64,000 bases of DNA, taken from the NCBI RefSeq assembly GCF_023256435.1, contig NZ_JAGDXM010000032.1, forward strand, positions 3,617 to 67,616, read 5' to 3'. A model generated the notes under the pieces. The model was given only the letters and a program-made list of their open reading frames with translations, was not told where the DNA came from and did not search any database. Numbering within the stretch: position 1 is the stretch's first letter; the number at the start of each line of letters is the position of its first letter. The position numbers were made by a program, and so were the translations under genes. Source of the stretch: Thermoplasma sp. (lineage in GTDB: Archaea > Thermoplasmatota > Thermoplasmata > Thermoplasmatales > Thermoplasmataceae). This document shows, piece by piece, positions 8,553-19,678 of this stretch.

Positions 8553-9290
8553 CTATCTTCTTGCCCACTCCCTGTCTATAATGTAGGTATCAAGCAGTTC
8601 TGATATATATCTTTTTAAAAAGGATGTACCATTTACTATCTTGGATTTCCCCCTCTCTCTGCCTCTGAATTGATAGCCGATATCGCACACACGACTCTTT
8701 CTATTTTCAGCGAGGATTATGAGCAGTATCTTTGCCCCCATGTCTGTGAGTCGAAATCTGTTTCTGTGGTTGAAGTCATGGTTAAGAGACATCCTGAAAC
8801 CGAATAGCCCGGACATAGGGTCCGTTGTAAGCCTCGAGGACGGTAAGATCGCGTATGCCATGTACTGCGCACCTATGGACAGTATTGCCCTGTAGCTGTT
8901 CCTGTCTCCAGCCGATCCGCCATCCGTATACCTGCTTCCCACAACTATATCGCACCCTTGCTGGAGCCTATCAATTATCCTGGAAATGACCTCCGGCGGA
9001 TGCTGCAGATCAGCATCCATGACTATGCAGTATTCCCCATTCGCTCTATCTATACCCATCTTCAACGAACCTAGCATCCCAACCCTGGTTGCATTCTCTA
9101 TAACCCTGAGATGTTCGTCATTTGCCATCCTCTTCGCCAGATATTCCTTCGTACCGTCTCTGCTGTTATCGTCGACGATTATTATCTCAAAGGTATATCC
9201 GGCAAGCTGTTTTTCAACTTCGTCCAGAAATATCTCTATGTTATCCATTTCGTTAAGAGTTGCAGCCACTACGCTGATCTGAAGGCTCAA
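8553..9290 (-). CDS. GT2 glycosyltransferase, dolichyl-phosphate mannose/glucose synthase-like
   Basis: 'ISVVAATLNE', 'IIIVDDNSRDGT' and 'VMDADLQHPP' are DPM1-type GT2 motifs. The start is apparently TTG at 9290. Confidence 0.85.
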   Translation of the reverse strand: MSLQISVVAATLNEMDNIEIFLDEVEKQLAGYTFEIIIVDDNSRDGTKEYLAKRMANDEHLRVIENATRVGMLGSLKMGIDRANGEYCIVMDADLQHPPEVISRIIDRLQQGCDIVVGSRYTDGGSAGDRNSYRAILSIGAQYMAYAILPSSRLTTDPMSGLFGFRMSLNHDFNHRNRFRLTDMGAKILLIILAENRKSRVCDIGYQFRGRERGKSKIVNGTSFLKRYISELLDTYIIDREWARR

Positions 9291-9383
9291 ATGAACTACC
9301 TTATGAGATTATATTTAGAGAATACTTTAATTTTTCACGTGTGGATAAAATAATTAACCATCAAATAATGCCCAGATGTATCG

Positions 9384-9977
9384 GTGCTTCACATGGTTGA
9401 CTACGATGGTGCTGATCTCGATCCCGCGAATTCTATGATAGTGCTGATGAACGCAACACTGGATAACTTCAAGCAGATATTCAGCAAGCTTGAGTTCATT
9501 ACCTCTATGAATTTCATAATTTCTGCTGCCAAGAGATACGGGATACCGATGTTGGCCATTGAGAGAAAATTCCGGCAGTCACGTTTGTCGTCGTACATAA
9601 GCAGAAAGTACAGTCAGAAGCTCATAAGCCTCATGTCCCCATCGAGCTACGACGATGATTACATAAGACAGTTCAACGATCTTGGCCTGATCCAGGGCAT
9701 AGAGGTGTACAATGAGGACATATTCTCAAGCGAGGACGTGGCCAGAATCATAACAGAATCGGGAAAGACGACGATCGTCTTCACCGGCTTCTTCACCGAA
9801 TCTGATATATACATATCAGCCATGGAATCGCTTCTTCACGACTATTACACATTCGTGGTTTCCGACGCAACGTCCACCATATCAGAGAGAACCTATTTCG
9901 AGGCCCTGGATCTGCTGTCCCAGCATGTAGAGGTGATAGACTCCAGGGATCTGATGAGGTACTGGGAGGTGATATAA
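9384..9977 (+). CDS. Hypothetical protein, possibly isochorismatase/cysteine-hydrolase-like fold without the catalytic Cys
   Basis: 'TIVFTGFFTESDIYISAMESLLHDYYTFVVSDATST' resembles the isochorismatase 'G..T..CV...A.dA...gy.v.vv.DA' block, with Asp in place of Cys. GTG 9384 or ATG 9393 as start. Its stop abuts the next ATG (TAAATG). Confidence 0.4.
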   Translation: MLHMVDYDGADLDPANSMIVLMNATLDNFKQIFSKLEFITSMNFIISAAKRYGIPMLAIERKFRQSRLSSYISRKYSQKLISLMSPSSYDDDYIRQFNDLGLIQGIEVYNEDIFSSEDVARIITESGKTTIVFTGFFTESDIYISAMESLLHDYYTFVVSDATSTISERTYFEALDLLSQHVEVIDSRDLMRYWEVI

Positions 9978-10580
9978 ATGGATTCTCGTATACTGTTCAT
10001 CGGCGGTGTACCTGGCGTAGGAAAGACGAGCATATCAGGATCGATCGCAAGGGAATTCGGTATAAACATAATGCTGTCCGGCGACTACCTCCGCGAATTC
10101 GTGAGGCCTCTCATGAAAAGCGAACAGCTCATACAGAAGAGCGTTTACGACGCCTGGCAGCCCTATGGAACGATGTCTCAGGAGAACATAATAAGGGGAT
10201 ACAGGGATCAGGCTGGGCTGATGATGACAGGTATAGAATGGATGCTTCGCAGAGCCATATCCAACGGTGAGGATCTGATAGTTGAATCACTTTATTTTTT
10301 GCCAGAGATGATCCCCGCCGATGTTATGGATGGAATACGTATGATATACCTGTACATAGAAGATGAGGAAACCCACAGGAAGAGACTTGTGGAACGTATA
10401 AATTACACACACAGAAATTCACCCGGAACGAGACTGGCCTCGCACCTTTACGAATACAGAACCATAATGAGATACAGCATCGAAAAGTCGTCCGGATATC
10501 CGGTCTATATGGTGGATACGTCAAACTATCAGGCTGCAAAGGAAGAGATAATAAAGAAATTGAAGGAAGATGGCTTCTGA
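9978..10580 (+). CDS. P-loop kinase of the 2-phosphoglycerate-kinase-like family
   Basis: Walker A 'GGVPGVGKTS'. About 200 aa, with composition typical of small archaeal 2PGK-like kinases. Translationally coupled on both sides. Confidence 0.7.
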   Translation: MDSRILFIGGVPGVGKTSISGSIAREFGINIMLSGDYLREFVRPLMKSEQLIQKSVYDAWQPYGTMSQENIIRGYRDQAGLMMTGIEWMLRRAISNGEDLIVESLYFLPEMIPADVMDGIRMIYLYIEDEETHRKRLVERINYTHRNSPGTRLASHLYEYRTIMRYSIEKSSGYPVYMVDTSNYQAAKEEIIKKLKEDGF

Positions 10581-10935
10581 TATCCCGAACTATGTGATCG
10601 TTGATACAAACGTCCTCATATACGCTGTGCAGAAGAAGATAAGGCTTGAAGATGCCGTGTTGGAAATACCGGGCATAAGCACTATGGTCATACCATCATG
10701 TGTCATGGCTGAATTATACGGTCTGTCCAGAAGAAACGTGGATGCAAAGGTTGCTTATGAATACTGCAAGAGGTTTAGAATAATCGAAGCTCCGGGCAAG
10801 GGAGACGAGTGCATAATATCCGCAGCGAAGCAGACCGGCGCTATGGTCATAACAAATGATAAAGAACTGGCTCAACGTTTGATTAGATCTGGCCTGAGAG
10901 CAGGAATGCTGTCAGGGAAAAAGATAATTTTTTGA
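10570..10935 (+). CDS. PIN-domain protein (Fcf1/Utp24-like nuclease)
   Basis: 'VIVDTNVLIYA', 'VIPSCVMAEL' and 'VITNDKELAQRL' carry the PIN acidic residues. Overlaps the upstream kinase gene by 11 nt. Confidence 0.8.
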   Translation: MASDIPNYVIVDTNVLIYAVQKKIRLEDAVLEIPGISTMVIPSCVMAELYGLSRRNVDAKVAYEYCKRFRIIEAPGKGDECIISAAKQTGAMVITNDKELAQRLIRSGLRAGMLSGKKIIF

Positions 10936-10939
10936 TATT

Positions 10940-11611
10940 TTACAGATCTATTGGTTTCTCTATCTCCGGTATTATTACGTATGTGCCTATAGTCGCGGCA
11001 AGGTTCTTGAATCTGATCGGATCGGCTTTGATCACATCGAACGTATTGTAATGCATTGGTATGGCTATGGGTGATCTTAGCATCTTAAGGGCCTCCACAG
11101 CCCCATCAACGTCCATGGTGTAGTGGCCACCTATGGGTAACAGCGATATCTCCGGCCTATCTACTGAACCTATGATCTCCATATCCTTGAAGTATCCAGT
11201 GTCTCCAGCATGATATATGCGTCTGCCCATATCGATCACGTAGCCCACTGGATTTCCTGCATATCTACCATCATAGCTGGATGAATGCGTTGCTATCGTT
11301 GCCTTCACCGAAATTCCATCGAAGTCCACTGTCCCACCAGGATTGATATCTATGGTTTTGACGCCGGACTCCTTGAATATCTCAGACAGTTCGAACACGC
11401 TCAGTATTGGTGAACCTGTTCTCTTGGCTATGGCAACAGCGTCGGCCGCGTGATCATAATGGCCATGCGTTACGAGTATGAGATCTGGATTGAGATCCTC
11501 CAACTTGACCTTTGCCACGGGGTTGTCCTTTATGAACGGATCTATCAGAACATTCTTCTTCCCCTCTATAGAGAAGCATGCATGTCCATGCCAGGTTATC
11601 TTCACGGTCAT
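10940..11611 (-). CDS. UPF0173-type metal-dependent hydrolase (MBL fold)
   Basis: '[14 protein letters not shown]' and '[12 protein letters not shown]'. ATG 11611 ([10 protein letters not shown]...) is preferred over the track's TTG 11629. Confidence 0.85.
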   Translation of the reverse strand: MTVKITWHGHACFSIEGKKNVLIDPFIKDNPVAKVKLEDLNPDLILVTHGHYDHAADAVAIAKRTGSPILSVFELSEIFKESGVKTIDINPGGTVDFDGISVKATIATHSSSYDGRYAGNPVGYVIDMGRRIYHAGDTGYFKDMEIIGSVDRPEISLLPIGGHYTMDVDGAVEALKMLRSPIAIPMHYNTFDVIKADPIRFKNLAATIGTYVIIPEIEKPIDL

Positions 11612-11758
11612 AGTATTGCATGCGATCAAGATTTAAAATCCTTTTCCGCCACGGTTCAATATATTAAGATACTGCGGTATACCTGGAGGCAAAAATGCTG
11701 TCATATTGTCCATGATATTACCTAATAATTTATATGATGATTCAAAATCAACCCACGT

Positions 11759-12919
11759 ATGAAACAATCAATTATAGGCAGGAACGTGGTTGACGATATT
11801 TCCTTCGGGGCCATCGTCAAGATAAGGGATCAGCTTCTTGAGATGCAGAGGAACGGTAAGAAGGTCTACAGGCTGGAATCCGGAGATCCGTCTTTTTCCC
11901 TTCCGCCCCATGTCAAGGAAGCCATAAAACGGGCCATAGAGAACAACAAAACTCATTATACTGATTCCACTGGAATACCAGAACTGCGAAGGGCCATTGC
12001 TGAGAAACTAGTAAGGAAGAACGGCATTAAGAATGCGACACCTGAAAATGTCATAGTCTCCAACGGCGGAATGAATGCCCTCTACGTAACGTTCAGATCA
12101 CTCATCAGTCCAGGCGACGAGGTCATCATCCCGGATCCTATGTGGACTGAGATAGCTGAGATAATAAAGCTCGCTGAAGGCGTTCCGGTGAGGGTTCCTG
12201 TTGAGAACTATACCGAGAATCTGCTGAAGTACGAGGATGACGAAAAGATCAAGGCTGTATTCATAAACAGCCCGCACAACCCCACAGGTCTGGTATTCAC
12301 ACCCAAGCAGATCGACGATATCATATCATTCGCTGAGTCCAAGGGGATATTCATCGTTAGTGATGAGGCCTATGAGGACGTGATATTTGACGGAAGAAAG
12401 CATGTGAGCCCTGCATCAAAGTACGATGACACCATATCTCTCTTCTCCATGTCAAAGACGTACGCAATGAGTGGCCTCAGAATAGGTTATGCACACACAA
12501 ACAACGATCTGCTATACGAGAGGATGAAGAAGCTGCTTAGATGCACGATCAACGGTGTAAACTCGGCAACTCAATACGGCGCCGTTGCGGCTCTGACAGG
12601 ACCGCAGGAGTTTGTTGGCCAGATGAGGGATGAGTATCAGAAGCGTCGCGATATCATATACAATGCGGTGCTGAAATCACCATATCTCGAACCCATAAAA
12701 CCAGGCGGAACCTTCTACCTGTGGTGCAGGATAAAGAAGTTTCCAGAGGGTGTCAAAGATTCATGGGATATGACCTACTATCTCCTGGATAAGACAGGCG
12801 TGGGATCGTCTCCTGGCCCCGTCTTTGGACCTGCAGGAGAGGGATACATAAGATTCGCATTCAGTGCTGATACAGAACAGATAAAAGAAGCATCGGAACT
12901 TCTGGAGAAGTTCCATTGA
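11759..12919 (+). CDS. aspC: Class I PLP aminotransferase (aspartate aminotransferase-like)
   Basis: 'FINSPHNPTG' and 'SMSKTYAMSGLRIGY' (PLP-lysine block). 386 aa. Confidence 0.9.
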   Translation: MKQSIIGRNVVDDISFGAIVKIRDQLLEMQRNGKKVYRLESGDPSFSLPPHVKEAIKRAIENNKTHYTDSTGIPELRRAIAEKLVRKNGIKNATPENVIVSNGGMNALYVTFRSLISPGDEVIIPDPMWTEIAEIIKLAEGVPVRVPVENYTENLLKYEDDEKIKAVFINSPHNPTGLVFTPKQIDDIISFAESKGIFIVSDEAYEDVIFDGRKHVSPASKYDDTISLFSMSKTYAMSGLRIGYAHTNNDLLYERMKKLLRCTINGVNSATQYGAVAALTGPQEFVGQMRDEYQKRRDIIYNAVLKSPYLEPIKPGGTFYLWCRIKKFPEGVKDSWDMTYYLLDKTGVGSSPGPVFGPAGEGYIRFAFSADTEQIKEASELLEKFH

Positions 12920-12924
12920 TATTA

Positions 12925-12937
12925 TTTTTCAAAAAAA
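12925..12937. terminator. Bidirectional oligo-T terminator candidate between convergent genes
   Basis: T5 (12925-12929) follows the aminotransferase stop on the + strand. A7 (12931-12937) reads as T7 on the - strand directly after the oxidoreductase beta stop. Confidence 0.35.
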
Positions 12938-13867
12938 TCAGACAATTATCTTGTCCTTGAAGGTCTCGAATGGATCCAGTATGGGCCTTCCATCCGGCGT
13001 CTTGACATCCTGCGCTGCTGGGGGGACATTTTCGTAGTTGTCAACGTACTGCTTCAGTCTCTCTGTGAACGGTGGGATCTTCTTATTCACATAGAAGATA
13101 CCGATGGGTATGCGATCGCCCCATTCGAAGGATTTCTCTATGGCTCTGTTGTACTTCTCTTCGGCCTTTGGATCGTTCTCTGTGACGACCGGATCCCATG
13201 TCTTGTCGTCGTCAAGTTTGTATACCCTCTTCTTGTACCAGTCCATCGTGTTTATGTTGTTGTAGGTTGGGCAGGGCTGCAGAATGTCGATAAAAGCAGA
13301 TCCAGGAAACATCACGGCCTGCTTTATTATATTCTTCAGGTGCGCGATCTCAAAGCTGAATCCGCGGGCAACAAACGAGTATCCAGTTGAAATGGCCAGC
13401 ATGATCGGGTTAATAGCATCGTATATGTTCGGCCTTGCTAGGCTCTTCGTCTGAACGCCAAGCTTCAATGTGGGTGCGGCCTGCCCCTTCGTCAGACCGT
13501 ATACGGCGTTATCGTACATCAGAACCGTTATTCCGCTGTTCCTCCTTCCTTCAGCAACCAGATGGCCCGCTCCGATGCTCATCAGATCGCCATCACCACC
13601 CGTTACAATGACCTTCAGCTTGGGATTCGTCAGCTTAACACCCACGGCAACAGGTATTGCCCTGCCATGGAGCGTGTGTGCACCAGCTGCGTTGACGTAA
13701 TGCGGTGTCTTTCCAGAGCATCCTATACCGGATATCACAGCAACATCGTGAGCGCCCAGATTCAATTCCTGCAGTGCCGATGTCAATGCGGTCAATATAC
13801 CAAAATCTCCGCATCCCGGGCACCAATCAACCGTTATATCATTTCTAAAATTATGAACCATCTTCAA
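12938..13867 (-). CDS. 2-oxoacid:ferredoxin oxidoreductase, beta (TPP-binding) subunit
   Basis: 'WCPGCGDFGIL' and 'VTGGDGDLMSIG' (TPP motif). Overlaps the alpha-subunit gene by 17 nt. Confidence 0.9.
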   Translation of the reverse strand: MKMVHNFRNDITVDWCPGCGDFGILTALTSALQELNLGAHDVAVISGIGCSGKTPHYVNAAGAHTLHGRAIPVAVGVKLTNPKLKVIVTGGDGDLMSIGAGHLVAEGRRNSGITVLMYDNAVYGLTKGQAAPTLKLGVQTKSLARPNIYDAINPIMLAISTGYSFVARGFSFEIAHLKNIIKQAVMFPGSAFIDILQPCPTYNNINTMDWYKKRVYKLDDDKTWDPVVTENDPKAEEKYNRAIEKSFEWGDRIPIGIFYVNKKIPPFTERLKQYVDNYENVPPAAQDVKTPDGRPILDPFETFKDKIIV

Positions 13868-15740
13868 GCACCACCATCAAACTTTCCTTATTCAATATCT
13901 CCTTTGCAGACTTCAGGATCTCATCCTCCGTCATATGCCTGCCATTGTACTTCAGTATCTTGTTCTTGATATCGATGCCAGTGTAGAGTTTGATCATCTG
14001 TGCTGCCTGAGCAGTGTAATTGCTCTCCACATCGATAACAAGTCTTGCCTTGCTTATAACATCCTTAACAAATTCAGCTGGGAATGGCGAGAACATCTTG
14101 AGGTAGAGGAGATTGGCAGAGATACCCTCTTCCTTCAGATCTTCGATAACATCGAGTATCGGCCCCTTCTGGCTTCCCCATGTGATGAACGTTACATCGG
14201 CTTCCTTATCACCTATGAGGATCGCCTTTTCCTCAAGCGGGATCTCCTTGTCCGCCGTTTCCAGCTTCTTGAATCTCTTCTCCATCATCCTGTCTCTGAT
14301 GTCCGAATCTTCGGTGACATGTCCAAGTTCGTCGTGTTCATCTCCGGTCATCCAGAATATGTTTCTCCCCATGGTTGTGTATGGAGAAACGCCGTTTTCC
14401 GTATTGAGATCGTAACGCTTGACATCGTCACCCTCCTTTGCGAGTTTTACCGTTTCTATCTTTATATTGTCAAGGTCAATCTTTGATATCAGATCCAGCG
14501 TATTGGCCAGATTCTTATCTATAAGGTGTATGACCGGGAGCTGATATTTTGCTGCATAGTTCAGGGCCTTTGCAGCGTCGTATATGCATTCATCAACCGT
14601 TCCCGAGGAGAACACTATCCTCGGATATTCGCCATGTCCAGCGTTCAGAGCAAAGAGCAGATCGGATTGGCCGTTCCTAGTCGGAAGACCTGTGCTCGGC
14701 CCGCCCCTCTCATAGAATGTGACGACTAGCGGTACCTCATCCATACCGGCGAATGACAGACCCTCAGCCATCAGTGAAAAACCAGGGCCGCTGGTTGCAG
14801 TCGCCGATCTCACGCCCGTGAGCGCACCGCCTATGGCCATGTTTATCGCGGATAGCTCATCTTCTGTCTGAACTATGACAACACCGCCCTTCTTAAGATT
14901 CTTAGCCTCGTTTGCCAGCCACTTTATATTCTGATGTTCCTCTATCGTTGTACTCTCATCGCTTGCAGGCGTTATCGGGTAGTATGTCTGAAATCTTAAC
15001 CCACCCAGAAGTTTGCCCAGTGCGGATGCATCATTCCCGGTGAGCAACAGCTTCCTCGGTGTAGGCAAGGCGGGCAGTGTCTTACCCGCAACCTTGCTGT
15101 CCTGAGCGAACTTGTAAGAAGCATCAACCACCTTTACATTTTCCTCGATAACCTGCTGCTTGCCCTTGAATATGTAGGATATCGCATCATCAGCGAATTT
15201 TCTGTCTATTCCTATTATGGCCAGTGTTATGGCTGCTCCAATGGTGTTGTAATATCTGCTCGGAGTTCCATCCGGAACTGCCTGGGTTGCAATATCAGAG
15301 AATGGTATGGGTAGCAAATGCGCACCACGCTTCTTCATGTATTCCAGAGCCCCCCTTATGGTGGTCTCGAATCCATTCTCCGTGAGTATTCTCCTGATCT
15401 TGGCAGAGGTATCTCTCATTATCATTCTAGCAGCCTGCAGATCGTAATCTTCGGTTGTCTTATCATAGAGAACGGTAGACACCTCAGATACGTCATCTAG
15501 GTGCTCGAATATCGTGTCAGGATCAAGTGCGACAAAAATATTCACAGGGTACTTTAGAGACCTCGGCTGCTTTTCCATCACCCTCATATGGGTATAACTG
15601 TGGCGCCCCTTTATATTTGAGTGGTATTCTCTAACGCTGAGAACACCGTATCCAGAAGTTGCAACTGCTTTTCCAACAAGGTTAGCGGCTGTATCTATAC
15701 CGCCTCCTTGCGGACCGCCTATGAGTATATTGAAATCCAT
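13851..15740 (-). CDS. 2-oxoacid:ferredoxin oxidoreductase, alpha (fused gamma-alpha) subunit
   Basis: 629 aa. N-terminal 'ILIGGPQGGGIDTAANL' (gamma-type domain), then the alpha-type 'YYPITPASD' block. Operon with the beta subunit. Confidence 0.9.
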   Translation of the reverse strand: MDFNILIGGPQGGGIDTAANLVGKAVATSGYGVLSVREYHSNIKGRHSYTHMRVMEKQPRSLKYPVNIFVALDPDTIFEHLDDVSEVSTVLYDKTTEDYDLQAARMIMRDTSAKIRRILTENGFETTIRGALEYMKKRGAHLLPIPFSDIATQAVPDGTPSRYYNTIGAAITLAIIGIDRKFADDAISYIFKGKQQVIEENVKVVDASYKFAQDSKVAGKTLPALPTPRKLLLTGNDASALGKLLGGLRFQTYYPITPASDESTTIEEHQNIKWLANEAKNLKKGGVVIVQTEDELSAINMAIGGALTGVRSATATSGPGFSLMAEGLSFAGMDEVPLVVTFYERGGPSTGLPTRNGQSDLLFALNAGHGEYPRIVFSSGTVDECIYDAAKALNYAAKYQLPVIHLIDKNLANTLDLISKIDLDNIKIETVKLAKEGDDVKRYDLNTENGVSPYTTMGRNIFWMTGDEHDELGHVTEDSDIRDRMMEKRFKKLETADKEIPLEEKAILIGDKEADVTFITWGSQKGPILDVIEDLKEEGISANLLYLKMFSPFPAEFVKDVISKARLVIDVESNYTAQAAQMIKLYTGIDIKNKILKYNGRHMTEDEILKSAKEILNKESLMVVLEDGS

Positions 15741-16088
15741 ATTTACTCAACTATGGTTATTACCTTCGTATTAAAATATGTTTTTGATCGCTCCTGGAGA
15801 AAGAAAATGAAAACTTAAAAACGAAAAACATTATGAAATTTACTGTATTCGAATATATCCGGAACATATAGATGTACCATCAAACGCTACATATATCTCC
15901 ACATACATCATAAATATACACCCATATGAAGGATCCATCGGAGACATATTTGCCACAGCATTTATGATGATCAATTCAAAACGATGATTCTTCTTACGAA
16001 ACCATTGAACCTTAGGACCATCTGTTCCAAGGATATGATGAACGCGGTAACAATATATCGGAGAAAGAAAATTTCATGGATGAGATAA

Positions 16089-16658
<570 letters not shown>

Positions 16659-16799
16659 TATTTATTCCTTATGCCGTATTTTGATGTTTTTCTTTCATGA
16701 TCATCTCCATTTTTAAGGAATCCATATATCTTGAACATGAGTGAATATAGCACTATATCATATAAGGAATAAAATTAATATTTCCCTACCTCTGATCGC

Positions 16800-18224
16800 A
16801 TGATGGAAGCGAATTCAAATGCAAAGGCAACAAAGGTGCCAGGAAGGTCTGTAATAACCTCGCTCTCCGCGATGGGATATTTTCTTGATGGTTACGACCT
16901 CAGCGTGATATCCGTTTTCACGCTGGTTCTGGTGACCTACAAGATCTTCAGGTACACGGCGTTCACAGAGTCGTTTGTCACTGGATCTGCTCTGCTGGGA
17001 GCTTTTGTCGGTGCGGTGCTATTTGGGCACTATGCAGACAGGATCGGCAGAAGGTACCTGTACATATTCGATCTGATATTTTTCGCGATCTTTGCAATTC
17101 TGACGGCTCTCGCCACGAATATATATGAGATGATCGCGTTCAGGTTCTTTGTCGGTCTAGGTGTTGGTGCGGATTATGCCCTCAGCCCTGTCTACACAAC
17201 AGAGATGTATCCCAACAGACAGAGAGGCGGAGGCTATGGCTGGGTCTGGACTTTCTGGAGCCTAGGCGCAGCCACGGCATTCATAATCGGATACGCCTTC
17301 TATCTTGTCGATCCGTTGACAGGATGGCGCTGGACGCTTGGTCTTGGTGCGATCCCTGCCATCATAGTTGTGGTCATGAGGATGAAAATGCCAGAATCCA
17401 TAAGATGGAAGGCTGCGGATAAGAGCGTATCTGAACAGGAAATAAGAGACGTTGCAGACAGCATCGGCATTAAGAAGGAGGAGATGGACAGCATACTGGC
17501 GGAGAGGAATAGGGAATCCAGAATCAGATCAGGTTCGCTGAGATCTCTCTTCAAGGGTGAATACGGCAAAAGAACGTTGATAGTCTGGATTCAGTGGATC
17601 CTGTATGACATAGCCGGATACGGCATAGGTCTGTACTCTCCACTCATCCTGAAGGAACTGGGCGTCGTTGGTTCCTATACGCTCCTCTATTCATTCGTAT
17701 TCTACATGCCCATAGGCTTCATGGGCGCGTTCGGCGCAGTCATGCTGAATGACCGTGTGGGAAGAAGGCCGCTGCAGATACTCGGCTTCGGATCCATGGC
17801 TCTTGCCATGCTGCTGTTCTTCTTCGCCGCGAGCGGAAGAGGACAGATATTCCTGGCCATAGGCATACTCGCGTTCATAATAGACTATGCACTTGGAAAC
17901 CTTGGACCTGGAAATACCATGGGCCTCTATGCCATAGAACTGCTTCCGACCAAGCTGAGGAGCTCGTCCATGGGCAGCGCCACGGGTATCACAAGGATAG
18001 TTTCGTTCCTCTCGGCGTTCCTCTTTCCATATCTGTCAAAATCGACCGTTCTTGGAAAGGAGGGTTTCTTCTTTGTCCTCTTTGTGGTGATGCTGCTGGC
18101 ACTGTTCTTCACCATATTCTTCACACCTGAAACCAAGGGTCTCAGCCTTGAGGAGATAACCGTAGCAAAGTACAGACACGAAGGATGGAAACCGGTACTT
18201 GCACTTGACGATTCTAAAAAATAA
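16800..18224 (+). CDS. MFS transporter (sugar/metabolite:H+ symporter type)
   Basis: 'GHYADRIGRRYLY' and 'MYPNRQRGGGYG' loops, about 12 predicted TM segments, 474 aa. Confidence 0.85.
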   Translation: MMEANSNAKATKVPGRSVITSLSAMGYFLDGYDLSVISVFTLVLVTYKIFRYTAFTESFVTGSALLGAFVGAVLFGHYADRIGRRYLYIFDLIFFAIFAILTALATNIYEMIAFRFFVGLGVGADYALSPVYTTEMYPNRQRGGGYGWVWTFWSLGAATAFIIGYAFYLVDPLTGWRWTLGLGAIPAIIVVVMRMKMPESIRWKAADKSVSEQEIRDVADSIGIKKEEMDSILAERNRESRIRSGSLRSLFKGEYGKRTLIVWIQWILYDIAGYGIGLYSPLILKELGVVGSYTLLYSFVFYMPIGFMGAFGAVMLNDRVGRRPLQILGFGSMALAMLLFFFAASGRGQIFLAIGILAFIIDYALGNLGPGNTMGLYAIELLPTKLRSSSMGSATGITRIVSFLSAFLFPYLSKSTVLGKEGFFFVLFVVMLLALFFTIFFTPETKGLSLEEITVAKYRHEGWKPVLALDDSKK

Positions 18225-18231
18225 TAAATCA

Positions 18232-18238
18232 TTTTTTT
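18232..18238 (+). terminator. Oligo-T (T7) terminator candidate
   Basis: A T7 run lies 8 nt after the MFS stop codon (18222-18224). Confidence 0.3.
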
Positions 18239-18344
18239 AAATATACATAAAATTTAAATTCATCATCGTTCGCAAAATAGATAGGTGTATAGATTTTCAA
18301 TCTCAATATTTTCAGCAAAAATGATTCTGATTTTACAGAGAGGA

Positions 18345-19595
18345 TCACCACATTCCTCTGGCCTTCATTGCGTCAGCTACCTTCTTGACTGATACAACAT
18401 ACGCCGCCGTCCTAGGATTCACCTTATAGCGATCCATAGCATCAAAGACATCGTGCGCAGCCTTGGTCATCTTCTGATCAAGCTTCTTATATACGTCATC
18501 GGCGGTCCAATATTCACCATAGTTGTTCTGAACCCACTCAAAGTACGACACTGTGACACCACCTGAGTTTGACAGGAAATCTGGAAGATCGAGTATTCCG
18601 CGCTTGAAGAGGATCTCATCAGCTTCAGGTGTTGTTGGTCCATTTGCCAGCTCAAGAACGATCTTTGCCCTTATCTTGTCCGCATTTTTTCCGGTTATCT
18701 GCTCCTCTATGGCGGCAGGTATGAGAACATCCACATCTGATTCCAGTAGTTCTTCATTCGTGATCGGAGTGGATCCAGGAAAACCGACGACCGATCCTGT
18801 CTTCCTCTTGTGATCGAGCAGAGAACTGTAATCTATGCCATCCTTCTTGAATATTCCGCCCTTCGTGTCGGATACGGCCACGACCTTTGCACCGAACATC
18901 TCCTGAACAAACTTGACCGCGAACTGCCCTGCGTTCCCGAAGCCCTGAACGGCTACGCGCGCCTTTGAAAGATCGAGACCGATCCTCTTTGCACCCTCCC
19001 TGAGAACGAACATTCCACCCTTTGCGGTGGAGTCTCCACGGCCTTCGGATCCTCCAACCTCGAGAGGTTTTCCGGTTATTACGTTTGGAGCACTATGCCT
19101 CACTATATTTTCGTATTCATCCATCATCCATGCCATGATCTGTGGATTCGTATAGACATCAGGTGCTGGTACATCGACATCTGGTCCTATGAAATCAGCG
19201 ATTGCCCTTATATAGCCACGGCTGAGCCTCTCCAGCTCACCCTGACTCATGGATTTGGGATCGCAGATCACTCCACCCTTGGCACCTCCAAAAGGTATGT
19301 CAACTATAGCGCATTTCCATGTCATCCATGCGGCAAGAGCCTTTACCGTTGAAAGGGTCTCCTCCGGATGATACCTTATACCACCCTTGCCAGGGCCTCT
19401 GGCGGTATTGTATCTGACCCTGAAGCCAGTGAATACCTTTACCTTACCGTCATCCATCTTTACAGGTATGCTCACCTGAAGGATCTTCTCAGGCTGCCTC
19501 AGTATCTCCAGAGCCTGCTCATCCAGTTTCAAAACCGCGGCGGCTTTCTCAAGCTGCTGCAAGGCCATCTCAAAAGGATCCATGCTTTCCGGCAT
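18345..19595 (-). CDS. gdhA: Glutamate dehydrogenase
   Basis: 'KGGIRYHP', 'PFGGAKGGV' and 'GFGNAG'. ATG 19595 is preceded by the SD-like AAGGTGA. The track start, GTG 19604, lies inside that SD. Confidence 0.95.
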   Translation of the reverse strand: MPESMDPFEMALQQLEKAAAVLKLDEQALEILRQPEKILQVSIPVKMDDGKVKVFTGFRVRYNTARGPGKGGIRYHPEETLSTVKALAAWMTWKCAIVDIPFGGAKGGVICDPKSMSQGELERLSRGYIRAIADFIGPDVDVPAPDVYTNPQIMAWMMDEYENIVRHSAPNVITGKPLEVGGSEGRGDSTAKGGMFVLREGAKRIGLDLSKARVAVQGFGNAGQFAVKFVQEMFGAKVVAVSDTKGGIFKKDGIDYSSLLDHKRKTGSVVGFPGSTPITNEELLESDVDVLIPAAIEEQITGKNADKIRAKIVLELANGPTTPEADEILFKRGILDLPDFLSNSGGVTVSYFEWVQNNYGEYWTADDVYKKLDQKMTKAAHDVFDAMDRYKVNPRTAAYVVSVKKVADAMKARGMW

Positions 19596-19678
19596 ATATG
19601 TCACCTTATTTTTAAATACTTAAATACATGTAGATATGCATTAATAATATATGAAATTACTTATCTTGGTATTATGAA

